Assembly (NCBI GenBank): GCA_965202805.1
Contig: OZ241869.1
Coordinates: 3,072,001 to 3,136,000 of the forward strand
From: Longimicrobiales bacterium
Lineage (GTDB): Bacteria > Gemmatimonadota > Gemmatimonadetes > Longimicrobiales > Gaopeijiaceae
Direction of reading: 5' to 3'
DNA length: 64,000 nt
The position numbers and the translations under genes were made by a program. How positions within the stretch are numbered: the stretch's first letter is position 1; each line of letters opens with the position of its first letter. The notes beneath the pieces were generated by a model, which was not told the DNA's origin, searched no databases, and was given only the letters and a program-made list of their open reading frames with translations. This document shows positions 9,045 to 20,675 of the stretch, piece after piece.

Positions 9045-11317
9045 ACCTCTCCCGCATCCTGGCCGGCGTCAGGGGCGTGCCCACCATCGCGCGCCGCGAA
9101 CTCGCAGGCTTCTTCGATCAGGCCACGGCATACATCCTGATCGTGGCCTTCCTGGCCCTCGGCATCTTCATCGAGTTCCGATCTCTCTACGCCTCCAACA
9201 TCGCCACCCTGCGGCCCCTGTTCGATCTGCTGCCCTGGCTGTTCGCGGTGCTGATTCCGGCCGCGACCATGCGCTCGCTCGCGGAGGAGCGCCGCAGCGG
9301 AACCCTGGAGTGGCTGCTGGCGCATCCCTTCAACGAGATCGAGACCGTGCTCGGCAAGTTCCTGGGGAACTGGGTCTTCGCCCTGGTCGCGCTGGCCGGC
9401 ACGCTGCCGATGTCGATCGGGGTGCTGATGGCGTCCGAAGCCGATCCCGGAATCATCACCGCGCAGTACGTGGGCGCGTCGCTGCTCGCCGCCCAGTTCG
9501 TGGCCATCGGCCTGTGGGCGTCGAGCATGACCCGCAACCAGATCACGTCGTTCATGCTGGCGATCGCCGTCAGCCTGGTGCTGGTGCTCATCGGTCTGCC
9601 CTTCGTGCAGATCGGCTTGACGCCCATGATCGGCGGCGCGGCGGCCCGGCTCTCCGTGATGGGGCACTTCGAGAACGTCGCCCGCGGCGTGATCGACCTG
9701 CGCGACGTCCTGTACTTCCTCTCCACCGCCGCCCTCTTCCTGGTGCTGGCGATCGGCATGGTGAGCCGGGAGCGGCTGAGTCATGGCCGCGGCGACTATC
9801 GGCGCCTGCGCGTGGGCACCATCGCGATCGCGGCTCTGGTGGTGGTGCTGAACCTGCTCGGCGGCTACATCCGCGGGCGCCTGGACCTGACCCGGGGCAA
9901 CCTCTACACCCTCGCCGAGGGAACCCGCGAAGTGCTCGGGAACCTGAACGACATCGTCACCTTCAAGCTGTTCGTGTCCGACGAACTTCCCCCGGAAGTG
10001 CAGCTCACGCGGCGCGACGTGGAGGATCTGCTGGCGGATTTCCGGCGCGCGGGCGGCGGGCAGCTGGTGGTGGAGAGGATCGACCCCGGCGACAGCGACG
10101 AAGCGCGCTCCGAAGCCAGCGGCGCGGGGATCCCGGAACTCGACTTCAACGTCCTGCGCGACGACGAGTTCGAGGTGCGCCGGGGATATTTCGGGCTGGC
10201 CATGCAGTACGCGGACCAGCGCGAGATCATCCCCATCATCGACCGCACCGACGACCTGGAGCTGCGCATGGCGACGGCGGTCGTCTCCATGACCACCGAT
10301 GCGCGCCCGCGCCTGCGCTTCGCCTCGGGGTTCGGCGCCAGGCAGGCCTTCGAGATGCCGGCGCTGCAGCAGGCGTTGAGCGATCGCTACTCGGTCGGGA
10401 GCGTCGCGCTCGACGGCGACACGGTGCCGCCGCTGAATCCGGATTCCATCGACGTGCTGGTGGTGGCTGGACCGACGGAGCCCATGTCGGCGCTCGCGCT
10501 GGAGCGGCTCGGGGAGTACGTGGACGGCGGCGGGGCCGCGATGCTCCTGGTGGAGGGGACGCAGATCGATCCGCAGTCGCCGATGGCTTCCCCGGTGACG
10601 TCGGGGCTCGAGACCTTCCTGGAGGAACGCGGGATCAGGTACGACGGGGGCATCGTCTACGACCTGGCCTCGGCTGAGCGGGTGCAGATGGGGCGGCAGG
10701 GGATCTTCGCGGTGGTGCGCTCCTACCCGCTCTGGCCCATCCTCTTCCGGGGCGCCGATCATCCGGTGACCCGCGATCTGAGCAACCTCTCCGTCGGATG
10801 GGCCAGCGCCCTGATCCTGACCGACTCGGCGCGGACGACGCCGCTCTGGACGACCACCGACGCGGGAGGGGTGCAGGCGCCGGGCAGCCCGATCGCGCCC
10901 GACATGCAGAGCTACCCCGACGAGGCTGGCCTCGGCGTCGAAGTCGTGGCGGCCGCCGTGGACTTCGCGCTTCCCGCTGAGGAGGGGGAAGAGGGCGACG
11001 GTCCCGAACCGGCCGGCCGCATGGTCGTGGTTGCCGACGTGGACTTCCTGGACGAGCAGTTCGTCCGGTCAAGCCGCCAGAACCTGCTCTTCGCCGCCAA
11101 CTCGGTCGACTGGCTGGCGCAGGACGAGGCACTCATCAGCATCCGCTCCAAGGACCGCACGCCGCCGCCGCTGGCGCTGGAGTCGGACTTCGCCAAGAAC
11201 GCGCTCAAGTGGGGCAACCTGGCGGGCATCCCCCTCTTCTTCTGCCTCGCCGGCGCCTTGCGGGTCACGGGCAGGCGGTCCCGTGCCGAGCGCCGCTGGA
11301 ACGAGATGGACGCATGA
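9041..11317 (+). CDS. ABC-2 permease fused to GldG-like periplasmic domain (GldF-GldG fusion)
   Basis: ARREL...TMRSLAEERRSGTLEWLL...ARGVIDLRDVLYF permease, followed by RLDLT..YTL and NSVDWLAQDEALISIRSK GldG-type motifs; ATGA overlap. Confidence 0.88.
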   Translation: MNLSRILAGVRGVPTIARRELAGFFDQATAYILIVAFLALGIFIEFRSLYASNIATLRPLFDLLPWLFAVLIPAATMRSLAEERRSGTLEWLLAHPFNEIETVLGKFLGNWVFALVALAGTLPMSIGVLMASEADPGIITAQYVGASLLAAQFVAIGLWASSMTRNQITSFMLAIAVSLVLVLIGLPFVQIGLTPMIGGAAARLSVMGHFENVARGVIDLRDVLYFLSTAALFLVLAIGMVSRERLSHGRGDYRRLRVGTIAIAALVVVLNLLGGYIRGRLDLTRGNLYTLAEGTREVLGNLNDIVTFKLFVSDELPPEVQLTRRDVEDLLADFRRAGGGQLVVERIDPGDSDEARSEASGAGIPELDFNVLRDDEFEVRRGYFGLAMQYADQREIIPIIDRTDDLELRMATAVVSMTTDARPRLRFASGFGARQAFEMPALQQALSDRYSVGSVALDGDTVPPLNPDSIDVLVVAGPTEPMSALALERLGEYVDGGGAAMLLVEGTQIDPQSPMASPVTSGLETFLEERGIRYDGGIVYDLASAERVQMGRQGIFAVVRSYPLWPILFRGADHPVTRDLSNLSVGWASALILTDSARTTPLWTTTDAGGVQAPGSPIAPDMQSYPDEAGLGVEVVAAAVDFALPAEEGEEGDGPEPAGRMVVVADVDFLDEQFVRSSRQNLLFAANSVDWLAQDEALISIRSKDRTPPPLALESDFAKNALKWGNLAGIPLFFCLAGALRVTGRRSRAERRWNEMDA

Positions 11318-12246
11318 GCAAGAACGCACTGCAAAGACTCGTCATCGCGCTCGCGGGGCTGCTGGTCCTGTACGGGGTCATCAGGCTGGTGGGTGGCCGG
11401 GGCCCCGAGCTTGCCCCCGGAGCACTCGAACTGGCGACGGAGCTGGAGGGCATCGAAGAGCGCACCCTGGAGAGCGCCACTTTCAGCGGATCCGACCGGG
11501 AGATCGAGGTGGCGCGGGTCGCCGGTGAATGGACGGTGAACGGGCACGAAGCCGACTCCGCCGCGGTGGCGCGCATGTTCACGGCGCTCTCGGAGGTGGA
11601 GGTGGGCGCCCTGGCCGCGGCGAACCCGGACAACCACGAGCGTCTGGGGGTGAGCGGGCGCGACGCCTGGATGCTGGAGTTCCGCCTCCTCGGCGGGGAG
11701 AGCCGCATCGTGGCGCTGGGCCGGGTGGGATCGGTCTTCCAGACCGCCTACGTGCGCCTGCCCGGATCGGACGAGGTCTACACCGTGCGCGGCGACCTGC
11801 GCGGCTCCTTCACCCGCACCCTCACCGACTGGCGCGACAAGCTCATCGCACGGGTGGACGTGGAGTCGATCGCGGCCATCGAGGTGGAGCGCGACGGCGA
11901 GGTGATCGTGGTCGAGCGCGAGGAGGCGGGGTGGACCGTCAGGGAGTCGGGTGCGGTGCCGGATTCGGCCTCGGTCGCGAACATGCTGGACGAGATCGAC
12001 GAGCTGCGGGCCATCGGCTTCGTGGAAGAGGAAGATCCGGAGTTCCCGACCGAGGACGTACGTCGCTTCGTGGCTCTGAATGAGAGCGGCGACACCCTCC
12101 TCGCTCTGGAAATGGCGCCGGTGGACGCCGAGTACTGGCTGCGCGCCGAGGGCAACGAGACCCTCTACCGCCTGGCGGCCTTCCGGGCCACCCGCATCGT
12201 GCCCGAGCCGGACCGGCTGCTGGGACGGGAAGGGGCGCCGAACTAG
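11314..12246 (+). CDS. DUF4340 domain membrane-anchored protein
   Basis: ATGA overlap; N-terminal TM; YVRLPGSDEVY...DWRDK motif; usual position after gldG-like genes. Confidence 0.78.
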   Translation: MSKNALQRLVIALAGLLVLYGVIRLVGGRGPELAPGALELATELEGIEERTLESATFSGSDREIEVARVAGEWTVNGHEADSAAVARMFTALSEVEVGALAAANPDNHERLGVSGRDAWMLEFRLLGGESRIVALGRVGSVFQTAYVRLPGSDEVYTVRGDLRGSFTRTLTDWRDKLIARVDVESIAAIEVERDGEVIVVEREEAGWTVRESGAVPDSASVANMLDEIDELRAIGFVEEEDPEFPTEDVRRFVALNESGDTLLALEMAPVDAEYWLRAEGNETLYRLAAFRATRIVPEPDRLLGREGAPN

Positions 12247-12310
12247 CCGCTCGCGGGCGGAGTCCCCCAGGCATCCGGGGGGCGACGCCGGTCTCGGCCG
12301 CCGGCGCGCG

Positions 12311-12802
12311 TCAGCCGCCTCGCTCGGGGCAGCCCTCGCGCACCATCGTGTGCGCGATCTGAACGATCTGCCATCCCTCGCCGCTCCTGCCCATCAGGAA
12401 GGCGTCCGCGCCGCAGTGGCTGAACTCGCCATCGGCGAAGAAGTCGTATTCCACCCACACGGTTCCCAGGTTGTTGTTGACCTGAACCACCGGGTCGTAG
12501 ATGCGCTCGTCGAGGTAGCTGGAGGACGCGAGCACCGAGGAGACGAACCGGGATATCGGGATCTCGGTGACCGCGGGGGCGCCGTCGGCGTCGGTGCCCG
12601 CCGTGATGAGGCGCGTGTCGGGATGGAAGATGCGCTCCAGCGTCTCCCCGTCCCTGGCGTGCATGGCGTCGAACAGATCCTCCACCACCTGCAGGATGGC
12701 TGCCGCGTCCGCCTCGGCGTCGGCATCGGATTGGGCAAGCATCGGAGACGGAGCCAGTCCGCAGACGGCTGCCGCGAGGATGATGAGGGGTTTTCCGGGC
12801 AT
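12311..12802 (-). CDS. Secreted NTF2/SnoaL-like protein
   Basis: AAGGAGG RBS; signal peptide; LFDAMHARD, VWVEYDFF..FSHCGADAF..WQI. Confidence 0.8.
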   Translation of the reverse strand: MPGKPLIILAAAVCGLAPSPMLAQSDADAEADAAAILQVVEDLFDAMHARDGETLERIFHPDTRLITAGTDADGAPAVTEIPISRFVSSVLASSSYLDERIYDPVVQVNNNLGTVWVEYDFFADGEFSHCGADAFLMGRSGEGWQIVQIAHTMVREGCPERGG

Positions 12803-12908
12803 GAGGTGCCTCCTTTGATGGGTTGACTCACCGGGACGGGAGTGATGAACGCGTGCGGGATCAGGTGTCCCGGCAGGCCCGCGCGGGGGCCGATAAGCGG
12901 ACAACGTT

Positions 12909-12962
12909 GGACCCTCTTTTGTGTGCCACTTAAGGTCGGAAGTGGCGAACAAAAGAGGGTCC
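12909..12962. repeat. Long intergenic inverted repeat / hairpin
   Basis: 14-bp perfect outer stem GGACCCTCTTTTGT/ACAAAAGAGGGTCC plus 7-bp inner stem GCCACTT/AAGTGGC and an 8-nt loop. Confidence 0.85.
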
Positions 12963-13100
12963 CGCACCAAAAGACCGAAATGATCTACGGTCTCGTCAAC
13001 TGGCCTGGACCATTCCGGCGCATGGAGTGCCTCCTTGCATGTGGTTTCACGGGTCCTGACCACGCCCATCCGGCGCCTGGCCGCGCGGGGGCGGCGGCTG

Positions 13101-13715
13101 TCACCCGGGCGCCGCCGGCTTCGATTTCCGTCGCCTCGCCCCTTTCGGCTTGAGACGCGCCGCCAGCAGGATCGCCAGCACCACCGCGGCCACCGCCGGC
13201 CAGAGGGTGTCCGCCTTCACCTTCCAGAAGTAGTGGAGCACGCCGAGCGCGGCGGCCACGTAAACGATCCGGTGGAGGCGCTGCCAGCGCCTGCCCAGGC
13301 GGCGGATCCAGCCCCGGGTGGAGGTGACCGCCAGGGGAACGAGCAGGACGAATGCCGCGAAGCCCACTGTGATGTAGGGCCGCTCGGCGATGTCTTCGAG
13401 GACGTACTCGAAGGCAAAGAACTGGTCGAGGGCGACGTACGTCATGAAGTGGGTCAGGGCGTAGAAGAACGCGGCCAGCCCGAGCCGTCGCCGGTAGCGC
13501 ACCAGGTTCCAGCCCCCCCAGCGGCGCAGCGGGGTCACCGACAGGGTAAGGAGGAGCAGGATCAGCGTGGACGTGCCGCCCCAGTGGGTGAACTCCTCGA
13601 TGGGGTTGGCGCCGAGCCCGTCCTCGCGGAAGCGCAGGACGAGCCAGAGCAGGGGCGCCAGGCAGACGGCCCAGATGAGCGCGCTGGTCGCCCTGGCGCG
13701 GGTCTTGGGGTGCAT
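13101..13715 (-). CDS. msrQ: Protein-methionine-sulfoxide reductase heme-binding subunit MsrQ
   Basis: GANPIE..H, RRRLGL.AFFY..LH, W.RLHR.VY, LHY.W; lies downstream of msrP. Confidence 0.95.
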   Translation of the reverse strand: MHPKTRARATSALIWAVCLAPLLWLVLRFREDGLGANPIEEFTHWGGTSTLILLLLTLSVTPLRRWGGWNLVRYRRRLGLAAFFYALTHFMTYVALDQFFAFEYVLEDIAERPYITVGFAAFVLLVPLAVTSTRGWIRRLGRRWQRLHRIVYVAAALGVLHYFWKVKADTLWPAVAAVVLAILLAARLKPKGARRRKSKPAAPG

Positions 13716-13790
13716 CGGGATTCCGTCGCTCGGCGCGTGGTCGTTCGCCTCAGCGCGCCCGGCGGATCGGGCGACGCCGCGTACGGGTGC

Positions 13791-14759
<969 letters not shown>

Positions 14760-14898
14760 GTTCTGACTTCCGATTGGTCGGTCCGTGGATTTGTGTTTTC
14801 CCGGCTCAGCCTGCCGGTCTCCGTTCGGAACCGTGCCGCAGAGTCGGTACCCTGCCGCTTGCTGCAAGTTTGGTTCCGGCTCGGCGTCACCGGGTTGC

Positions 14899-17800
14899 TC
14901 AGCCTCCGGGGGTGCGGGACAGCGAACGGTAATACTCTTCGATCAGCTGACGGAAGCCCTGCGGCACCTCGTCGGAGCCCGACAGGAGCAGCCGCTCGGG
15001 GTCGTCTTCCCCGGCCGCCCGGCGGAGTCCGAACTCGAAGCGCTTCACGCCCTCGAGAATCTGCGTCTGGAGCCGGAGGATCTCCTCCATGTCGTCATAG
15101 ACGCGGCGGTCGTCGAGCGCCCTCATCGAGCGGATGACGTCGTCGAGCTCCTCCACGCCGACTCCGGCGTCGGAAAGCTGCTCGCGCAGATCGGCCATCT
15201 CGCGGGCGCGCTCCCGGTACTCGCCCCGGAACTGGCGGATGTCCTCGGGGGTGAGTCCGCGCGCCCAGCCGCTGCCGCCCGGCCCGAACCCGGCGCCGGC
15301 CATGTCCCTCGGATCGCCGCCGGGGCCGCCGGCTCCACCGGTTTGGCCGCCCTGCTGGCCTTGCTGTCCGCCCTGTCCCTGCTGGCCACCCTGACCCTGC
15401 TGTCCGCCCTGGCCTTGCTGGCCTTGCTGACCACCCTCGCCCTGCTGTCCTTCACCCTGCTGGCCCTGTTGTCCTTCGCCCTGTTCACCCTGCTGGCCCT
15501 GGGCTTCCTGGCCCGGCCGCTGTCCCAGTCCCCGGCGCGCGTTTTCTTCGGCGCGCGCCTGCAGTCGCCGGTTGAGCGACTCCATGTTGCGCACCATGTC
15601 CCGCGCCTGGTCGAGTGACTCCATGGTGCGGTCGTCGACCGGCTCGCCGATCGCTTCCGAAGCCTGCCGCAACTGGTCCCGCAGCTCCATCAGGTGCTCG
15701 GTGGTCTGCTGCTCGAAGTCGCGCGTGAAGTCGGGGCTGCGCGCGCCCGGCAGTCCGCGCGAGTACTGGATCCGTTCCCGGATCTTGTTGTCGCGGATGT
15801 TGCGCAGGGCATCGTCGAACGACTCGGCGGCCTGCTGCTGCTCGGAGCCGGCGTCCGCCGACATCTCGTCGATCTGCCGCTCCAGGTCGGCCACCTCCTG
15901 GGTCATCTCGTTCTTGCGTTCGATGAGCCTGCGCACGCGCTCCGAGGTGACCTGGTCCGCGCCGGAAATGGCCACCGATTCCTCGGCGACGTCGAGCTGC
16001 TCCTCGATGAGCTCCTCGCTCCGCCGCAGCGCATCCTGCGCGTCCCGTTCGATGCGCCCGGACTGGTCGCGCTCCAGCAGCCGGCGCGCGGCCCGCAGCC
16101 GGTCCAGTGCTGAACGCGCGTCGGCGGCCGCCTCGCCGCCTCTCGCCGCAGCCGCCTCACGCATCGCGTTGGCGGCGTTCTGGAGCTGGCGCGCGGTCTC
16201 CGCCAGGCGCTGGTTGGACTGCATGCGCGAGAGCTCCTCCAGGCGCCTCGCCTCCTCCTCCACCTCATCGGCGAGCGAGCGCTGGTTCTGCGCGCCGCCC
16301 CCGGCCGATCCCTGCGAGCGGTTGGCGACGCGCTGCTGGCGTTCGGCCTCCTGTTCCTGGCGCCGGGCCAGCTCGCGCAGGCGCTCGAGCGTCTCGTCGA
16401 TCTGCTCATCGGCCTGCTGGCGTTCACCGCGCTGCACGCTCTCGTACTGATTCTTGAGCTTGTCGAGCTCCAGTTCGAAGAGATCGGCAAGGTCCTCGGC
16501 GTTGGGGCCGCGGCCGCCGCCCCCTCCTCCTCCACCGCCCTGCTGCTGACTCACCTGCACTTCGTCGTAGAGCGCTTCCGCGCGCAGCAGGTACTGGAGC
16601 GCCTGCTGCTCCTCGGCGAGCGCGCCCTGGGGATCGGCGGCGTCCAGCCGCTCCATGGCGGCTTCCATCTCCTCCATGGCCTGCGGCAGGAATTGGGCGA
16701 TCTGCTCGAACTCGGGATCCCGCACGACGCCCCGGTTGTTGAGGCGCGTCACCAGGGTCGCGACCTGGTCGCGGAGTCTCTCCTGCGACAGCCGCACCAC
16801 GACCAGTCCCTCGCTGAACCCCTCCGGCGAATAGCGATCCCGGTCGCGATTCAGGTTGAACGTCGCCGAGATGACCTGCCGCTGTTGTTCCGACAGCTCC
16901 TGCTCGCCGGCCCCCGGACCGCCGCCTCCGCCTCCGCCACCACCCGGCTGCTGCTCCGCCTGGCGGAATTCGGTCTCAAGGCGCCGGATCTGGAGGAAGT
17001 AGATGTCGCTGATGGCCTCCTGGCTGCCGGTGCCCGCGTTGTCGCGCGCCTTGGCGTAGTAGGAGATGATGTCGCCCGGGATGAGCTCGTACTCCTCCAG
17101 GAAGAACGTGTATCCCGCGCTCACCTCGCTCAGGGGCGCGGCCCCGGAGCCGAACAGTTCGACGGTCTGTTCCTCACCGCCGTTCACCGAGAACACCAGT
17201 TCGAGTTCCCGGATGCCGTAGTCGTCGTTTGCGCGTGCCTCGACGAAAAACTCCTCCAGCACGGTGGCGCGCTCGTCGCGGCCCGGGCGCGTGAAGGAAA
17301 GCGCCGGAGGCTGGTCGTTCAGCACGTCGATGGTGTACCGGGGTGACGCGGGCACCAGCCCGGCGCGCGCGCTCTCCATCTCGAGGTGGTAGAAGCCGTT
17401 CTGCTCCACCACGAAGGACCCGGTGAACGAGCCGTCCCCGGCGGGCGTCAGTTCGCTCGCCAGCGCGTCGTCGCGCCACAGGTTGGCGCGCGGAGCGGAG
17501 ATCGTGGGGAAGGCGCGCAGGTGGACGCGGGTTCCGCGCAGCACCGCGATGTCGCCGCCATCGTCGACCGTGCGGTCGGGAAGCCCGGTGTAGGCCGGGA
17601 AGTCGTACACCAGCTCGAGCCGGTCCACGTAGGGCAGGATCTCGACGTCGATGCGGTACAGGTCCGACTGCACGCCGGAGGAGCGCACGAAGTACTCGGT
17701 GACGTCCTCCACGCCGAAGAGCACGACCTCGAACTCGCCGGCATCCTCCTCTCCCGTGTCGCCCGCCAGGAGCATGGACAGGGGCCGGAATTCACCGTCC

Positions 17801-18516
17801 GAGCCGGTGCGCAGGAAGAGTTCCGCTTCCGCGGCCTCGAATCCCAGGTTGCGCGCCGCAATGCGCAGGTCCGAGCCGCGCGTGATGGTGGCGTCGCCCG
17901 GGGTCACCTCGATGGAGTAGGGGTTGACCTCCGCTGCGCTTGCCGTCGGCGAGAGCAGCACCGAGGCGCCGTGGCGCAGGAAAGCCGGCCCGGTCAGGAA
18001 GATGATGAGGATGGCGAGCGCGATCCCCGCGACCGCGGCCGTCCAGCGCAGCAGCCCCGCCCGCTCGATGCGGTGTCCGCCATCCACGGCGCGCGCCTTC
18101 CGGACCGCGGACTCCATGAGCCGCTGCACGAGCGCGGGGGAGTGGGCCGCATCCGCGGCCTCCGGGTCGGCCCCCGCGTCGATCGCGCTCAGGACCGAGG
18201 CCTTGAGGGATGGCTCGTGCTCCTCGAGGTAGAGCGCGACCTGTGCGTCGGAAGGTCGCCGCCAGAGCGGCCGAAGGAGGAACCAGAAGCCCACCGCGAG
18301 CAGCGAGAGCCAGGTGAAGATCCGGAAGCCGTTGACCACCGCGGGGCTGAAGCGGGTGCCCTCCATCCCCCAGGAGGAGACCAGGAAGGCCACCAGCCCG
18401 ATGCCGAGCAGCGCCGCAAGTCCGCGCAGCGCGATTCGCATGCGCCAGCGGTTGCGCACGTGCCTTATGGCGTCGAGCAACTCCAGTCTGGCACGCTGGT
18501 TGAGTCGTGTAGGCAC
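14899..18516 (-). CDS. Large membrane-anchored Ig-like/coiled-coil protein (DUF4175-like), MoxR operon
   Basis: N-terminal TMs; PAYTGLP and DDYGI motifs; long coiled coils; Q/G-rich tract; C-terminal [14 protein letters not shown]. Start GTG 18516 inferred. Confidence 0.78.
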   Translation of the reverse strand: MPTRLNQRARLELLDAIRHVRNRWRMRIALRGLAALLGIGLVAFLVSSWGMEGTRFSPAVVNGFRIFTWLSLLAVGFWFLLRPLWRRPSDAQVALYLEEHEPSLKASVLSAIDAGADPEAADAAHSPALVQRLMESAVRKARAVDGGHRIERAGLLRWTAAVAGIALAILIIFLTGPAFLRHGASVLLSPTASAAEVNPYSIEVTPGDATITRGSDLRIAARNLGFEAAEAELFLRTGSDGEFRPLSMLLAGDTGEEDAGEFEVVLFGVEDVTEYFVRSSGVQSDLYRIDVEILPYVDRLELVYDFPAYTGLPDRTVDDGGDIAVLRGTRVHLRAFPTISAPRANLWRDDALASELTPAGDGSFTGSFVVEQNGFYHLEMESARAGLVPASPRYTIDVLNDQPPALSFTRPGRDERATVLEEFFVEARANDDYGIRELELVFSVNGGEEQTVELFGSGAAPLSEVSAGYTFFLEEYELIPGDIISYYAKARDNAGTGSQEAISDIYFLQIRRLETEFRQAEQQPGGGGGGGGGPGAGEQELSEQQRQVISATFNLNRDRDRYSPEGFSEGLVVVRLSQERLRDQVATLVTRLNNRGVVRDPEFEQIAQFLPQAMEEMEAAMERLDAADPQGALAEEQQALQYLLRAEALYDEVQVSQQQGGGGGGGGGRGPNAEDLADLFELELDKLKNQYESVQRGERQQADEQIDETLERLRELARRQEQEAERQQRVANRSQGSAGGGAQNQRSLADEVEEEARRLEELSRMQSNQRLAETARQLQNAANAMREAAAARGGEAAADARSALDRLRAARRLLERDQSGRIERDAQDALRRSEELIEEQLDVAEESVAISGADQVTSERVRRLIERKNEMTQEVADLERQIDEMSADAGSEQQQAAESFDDALRNIRDNKIRERIQYSRGLPGARSPDFTRDFEQQTTEHLMELRDQLRQASEAIGEPVDDRTMESLDQARDMVRNMESLNRRLQARAEENARRGLGQRPGQEAQGQQGEQGEGQQGQQGEGQQGEGGQQGQQGQGGQQGQGGQQGQGGQQGQQGGQTGGAGGPGGDPRDMAGAGFGPGGSGWARGLTPEDIRQFRGEYRERAREMADLREQLSDAGVGVEELDDVIRSMRALDDRRVYDDMEEILRLQTQILEGVKRFEFGLRRAAGEDDPERLLLSGSDEVPQGFRQLIEEYYRSLSRTPGG

Positions 18517-18563
18517 CTCACTCCCCCCTGTCTCTCGTGCGACAACTGCCCGCCGGTTCCTTC

Positions 18564-20675
18564 CTAGGGCCGGCTCGCTGCCTTTCGTGACAAATAATTG
18601 GAGACAATGGTCTCCAGAGCCAGAAGCACGAAGGCCGCCACCAGGAGATACCACCAGATTCCCTGGCGCCGTTCCCTGTCCTCCGGCCCGAGTTCAGCGC
18701 CGATATCGCCCTCCGCGCCGACGCCCGGACTGGTGATGGATCCGGCGAATTCCTCGGGGTCCATCGCCTCGAGATCCGCTTCCTCGAGGTTGACGTTTAC
18801 GGCAACTGCGGGGGTGCCCGGTCCTCCGCCCCCGCCCGCGCCGCGCAGTTCGTAGAAGCCCTGCTCCGCGAGCGGAAGAAAGCCGGGCCGGGGTCCTCCG
18901 CCCACGTCAATGGAACGATTGGAGGGCGAAAGCGCGACCAGTCCGTCCCTGTCGCCCTGCGCGAGACCGCCGAGGAGCCGATCGGCTTCCCGTCCTTCGC
19001 CCTGCTCCGACAGGTTCAGCACGTCGTCCACGGTGTAGGAAGGCGTGGGGGGACGGAAACTGCCCGCGTGCTTGACCAGTTGGTGGGCGAAGGGCAGGAA
19101 GATGGGCTGCAAGACCATGTCGTTCCAGTAGTTGTCGAGCATCGACGTCCAGAGCAGCACCCGTCCCGCACCCACCTGCCGTTCCGCCAGCGCGACTGCT
19201 CCGTTGTCGAAGCGGGCCAGTACGCCCTCCGCGCCCGCCAGCTGCACGTTGCGGTAGCGGAAGAAGGTGGCGTCGGTGAGGTCGCCGCTGCGGGGAGCGG
19301 CGAAGAGGGCGAAGACGGGATGGGTGTAGTCGATGCGGCCGAGCGTCCCGCCGCGGCCCTCCCGCCACTCCGGCTCCATCACCGCTCCGAGCGGGCCCGG
19401 GAGCAGGTCGGGTGCGTCCACCGGCCAGCTGCTCCGTTCGCCCAGGATGACCACCAGGCCGCCGCCATCGTCCACGAACTCACGCAGGCGCGGCCCCACC
19501 GCCCCCCGCGGCGGACGCGACCCGTTGAGGATCACCACGGACCGGCCGTCCAGGTCGCCCGCGGTCATCGCGCCCACGGTGGTTACGTCGACATCGAAGG
19601 CGGGATCGGTGCCGATGTCCAGCGCCTGGGTGAGGTACAGGCTGGGGTCCCCGGGCTCGGATCCGTCCTCGACGACCAGCACCGAGAACCCCTCACCCGG
19701 CGACAGCACGAAGTGGGCGACGTCGTTGGCGGGCAGGGCGTCGCCCGGGACGCGCACCGACCCGCGCACGAACGGTTCGCTCAGGGTGAAGGGCGGCAGC
19801 GTCACCAGCGTGGTGGCGTTGGGGCCCAGCGTCGCCGCTGCCGTTCCGACCGGCCTGCCGTCCAGCTCCAGCACCACCTCCACGTCTGCGGCCTCCCGGT
19901 TGCCGGAGTTGACGAGCCGGGCCGTGGTCTCGACCCGCTCCAGCCCGTCGCGGTAGCTCCGCTGGAAGAGGAGCTGCCCGACCGCGAGGTCGCCCTCGTA
20001 GGGTCCGCTCACGACCACCGGGTCCACCGTGGTGCCCGGAGGCAGGCGCGCCCCTTCGTCGCCGTCCCAGCCCGCGCGCTGGAAGTCGGAGATCACCACG
20101 GCGTGCCGCGCCGGAAGGTTCGACTGCTCCAGCACCGTGCGCGCGAGGTCGAGCGCCGGCCCGAAGCGGGTGGCGGCGGTGCCGGGCGCGGCCGTGTCCA
20201 ATGCGGCGAAGAGCACCGTGCGGTCGGTGGTCGAGCGAACCGCAAGGGTGGCGCCGGCCGAGAAGAAGACCAGCGAGCCGCGGTCCTCCGGGCCCAGTTG
20301 GCGCACTGCCGCGCGGGCGCCCGCAAGCGCGTCCGCCCAGCGGTCGCCGTAGTCCATGCTGTACGAACGGTCCACGAGGATGACCACCTCGCGCGCCACC
20401 TGTGCTCCCGTGAGGGCGATGTCCTCGCGGTCCAGGAACGGGCGCGCGAAAGCGGGGATGAGGGCCGTCAGCGCCGCGATGCGCATCAGCAGCAACAGCC
20501 AGTGGCGAATCTTCTGCCGGCGGCTCGACTTGTACGGAACCCGCTCGAGGAACATGAGCGAGGGAAACTCGACCACCTCCTTGCGGTCCTTCTGCACCAG
20601 GTGCACGAGCACCGGCCAGACCAGGAAGCCGAGGCCCAGGAGGAACAGGGGCGCGAGGAAGGCGAGGGCGCTCAT
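18564..20675 (-). CDS. BatA-like N-terminal double-TM + VWA domain protein
   Basis: FLAPLFLLGL..PVLVHL..FPSLMFL..LLLLMR..FARP; MIDAS DRSYS; VISDFQ; ATGA overlap. Confidence 0.88.
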   Translation of the reverse strand: MSALAFLAPLFLLGLGFLVWPVLVHLVQKDRKEVVEFPSLMFLERVPYKSSRRQKIRHWLLLLMRIAALTALIPAFARPFLDREDIALTGAQVAREVVILVDRSYSMDYGDRWADALAGARAAVRQLGPEDRGSLVFFSAGATLAVRSTTDRTVLFAALDTAAPGTAATRFGPALDLARTVLEQSNLPARHAVVISDFQRAGWDGDEGARLPPGTTVDPVVVSGPYEGDLAVGQLLFQRSYRDGLERVETTARLVNSGNREAADVEVVLELDGRPVGTAAATLGPNATTLVTLPPFTLSEPFVRGSVRVPGDALPANDVAHFVLSPGEGFSVLVVEDGSEPGDPSLYLTQALDIGTDPAFDVDVTTVGAMTAGDLDGRSVVILNGSRPPRGAVGPRLREFVDDGGGLVVILGERSSWPVDAPDLLPGPLGAVMEPEWREGRGGTLGRIDYTHPVFALFAAPRSGDLTDATFFRYRNVQLAGAEGVLARFDNGAVALAERQVGAGRVLLWTSMLDNYWNDMVLQPIFLPFAHQLVKHAGSFRPPTPSYTVDDVLNLSEQGEGREADRLLGGLAQGDRDGLVALSPSNRSIDVGGGPRPGFLPLAEQGFYELRGAGGGGGPGTPAVAVNVNLEEADLEAMDPEEFAGSITSPGVGAEGDIGAELGPEDRERRQGIWWYLLVAAFVLLALETIVSNYLSRKAASRP

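Noticed and set aside
15340..15500. GQQG low-complexity repeat
   Set aside because: An ordinary Q/G-rich linker inside the coiled-coil protein.
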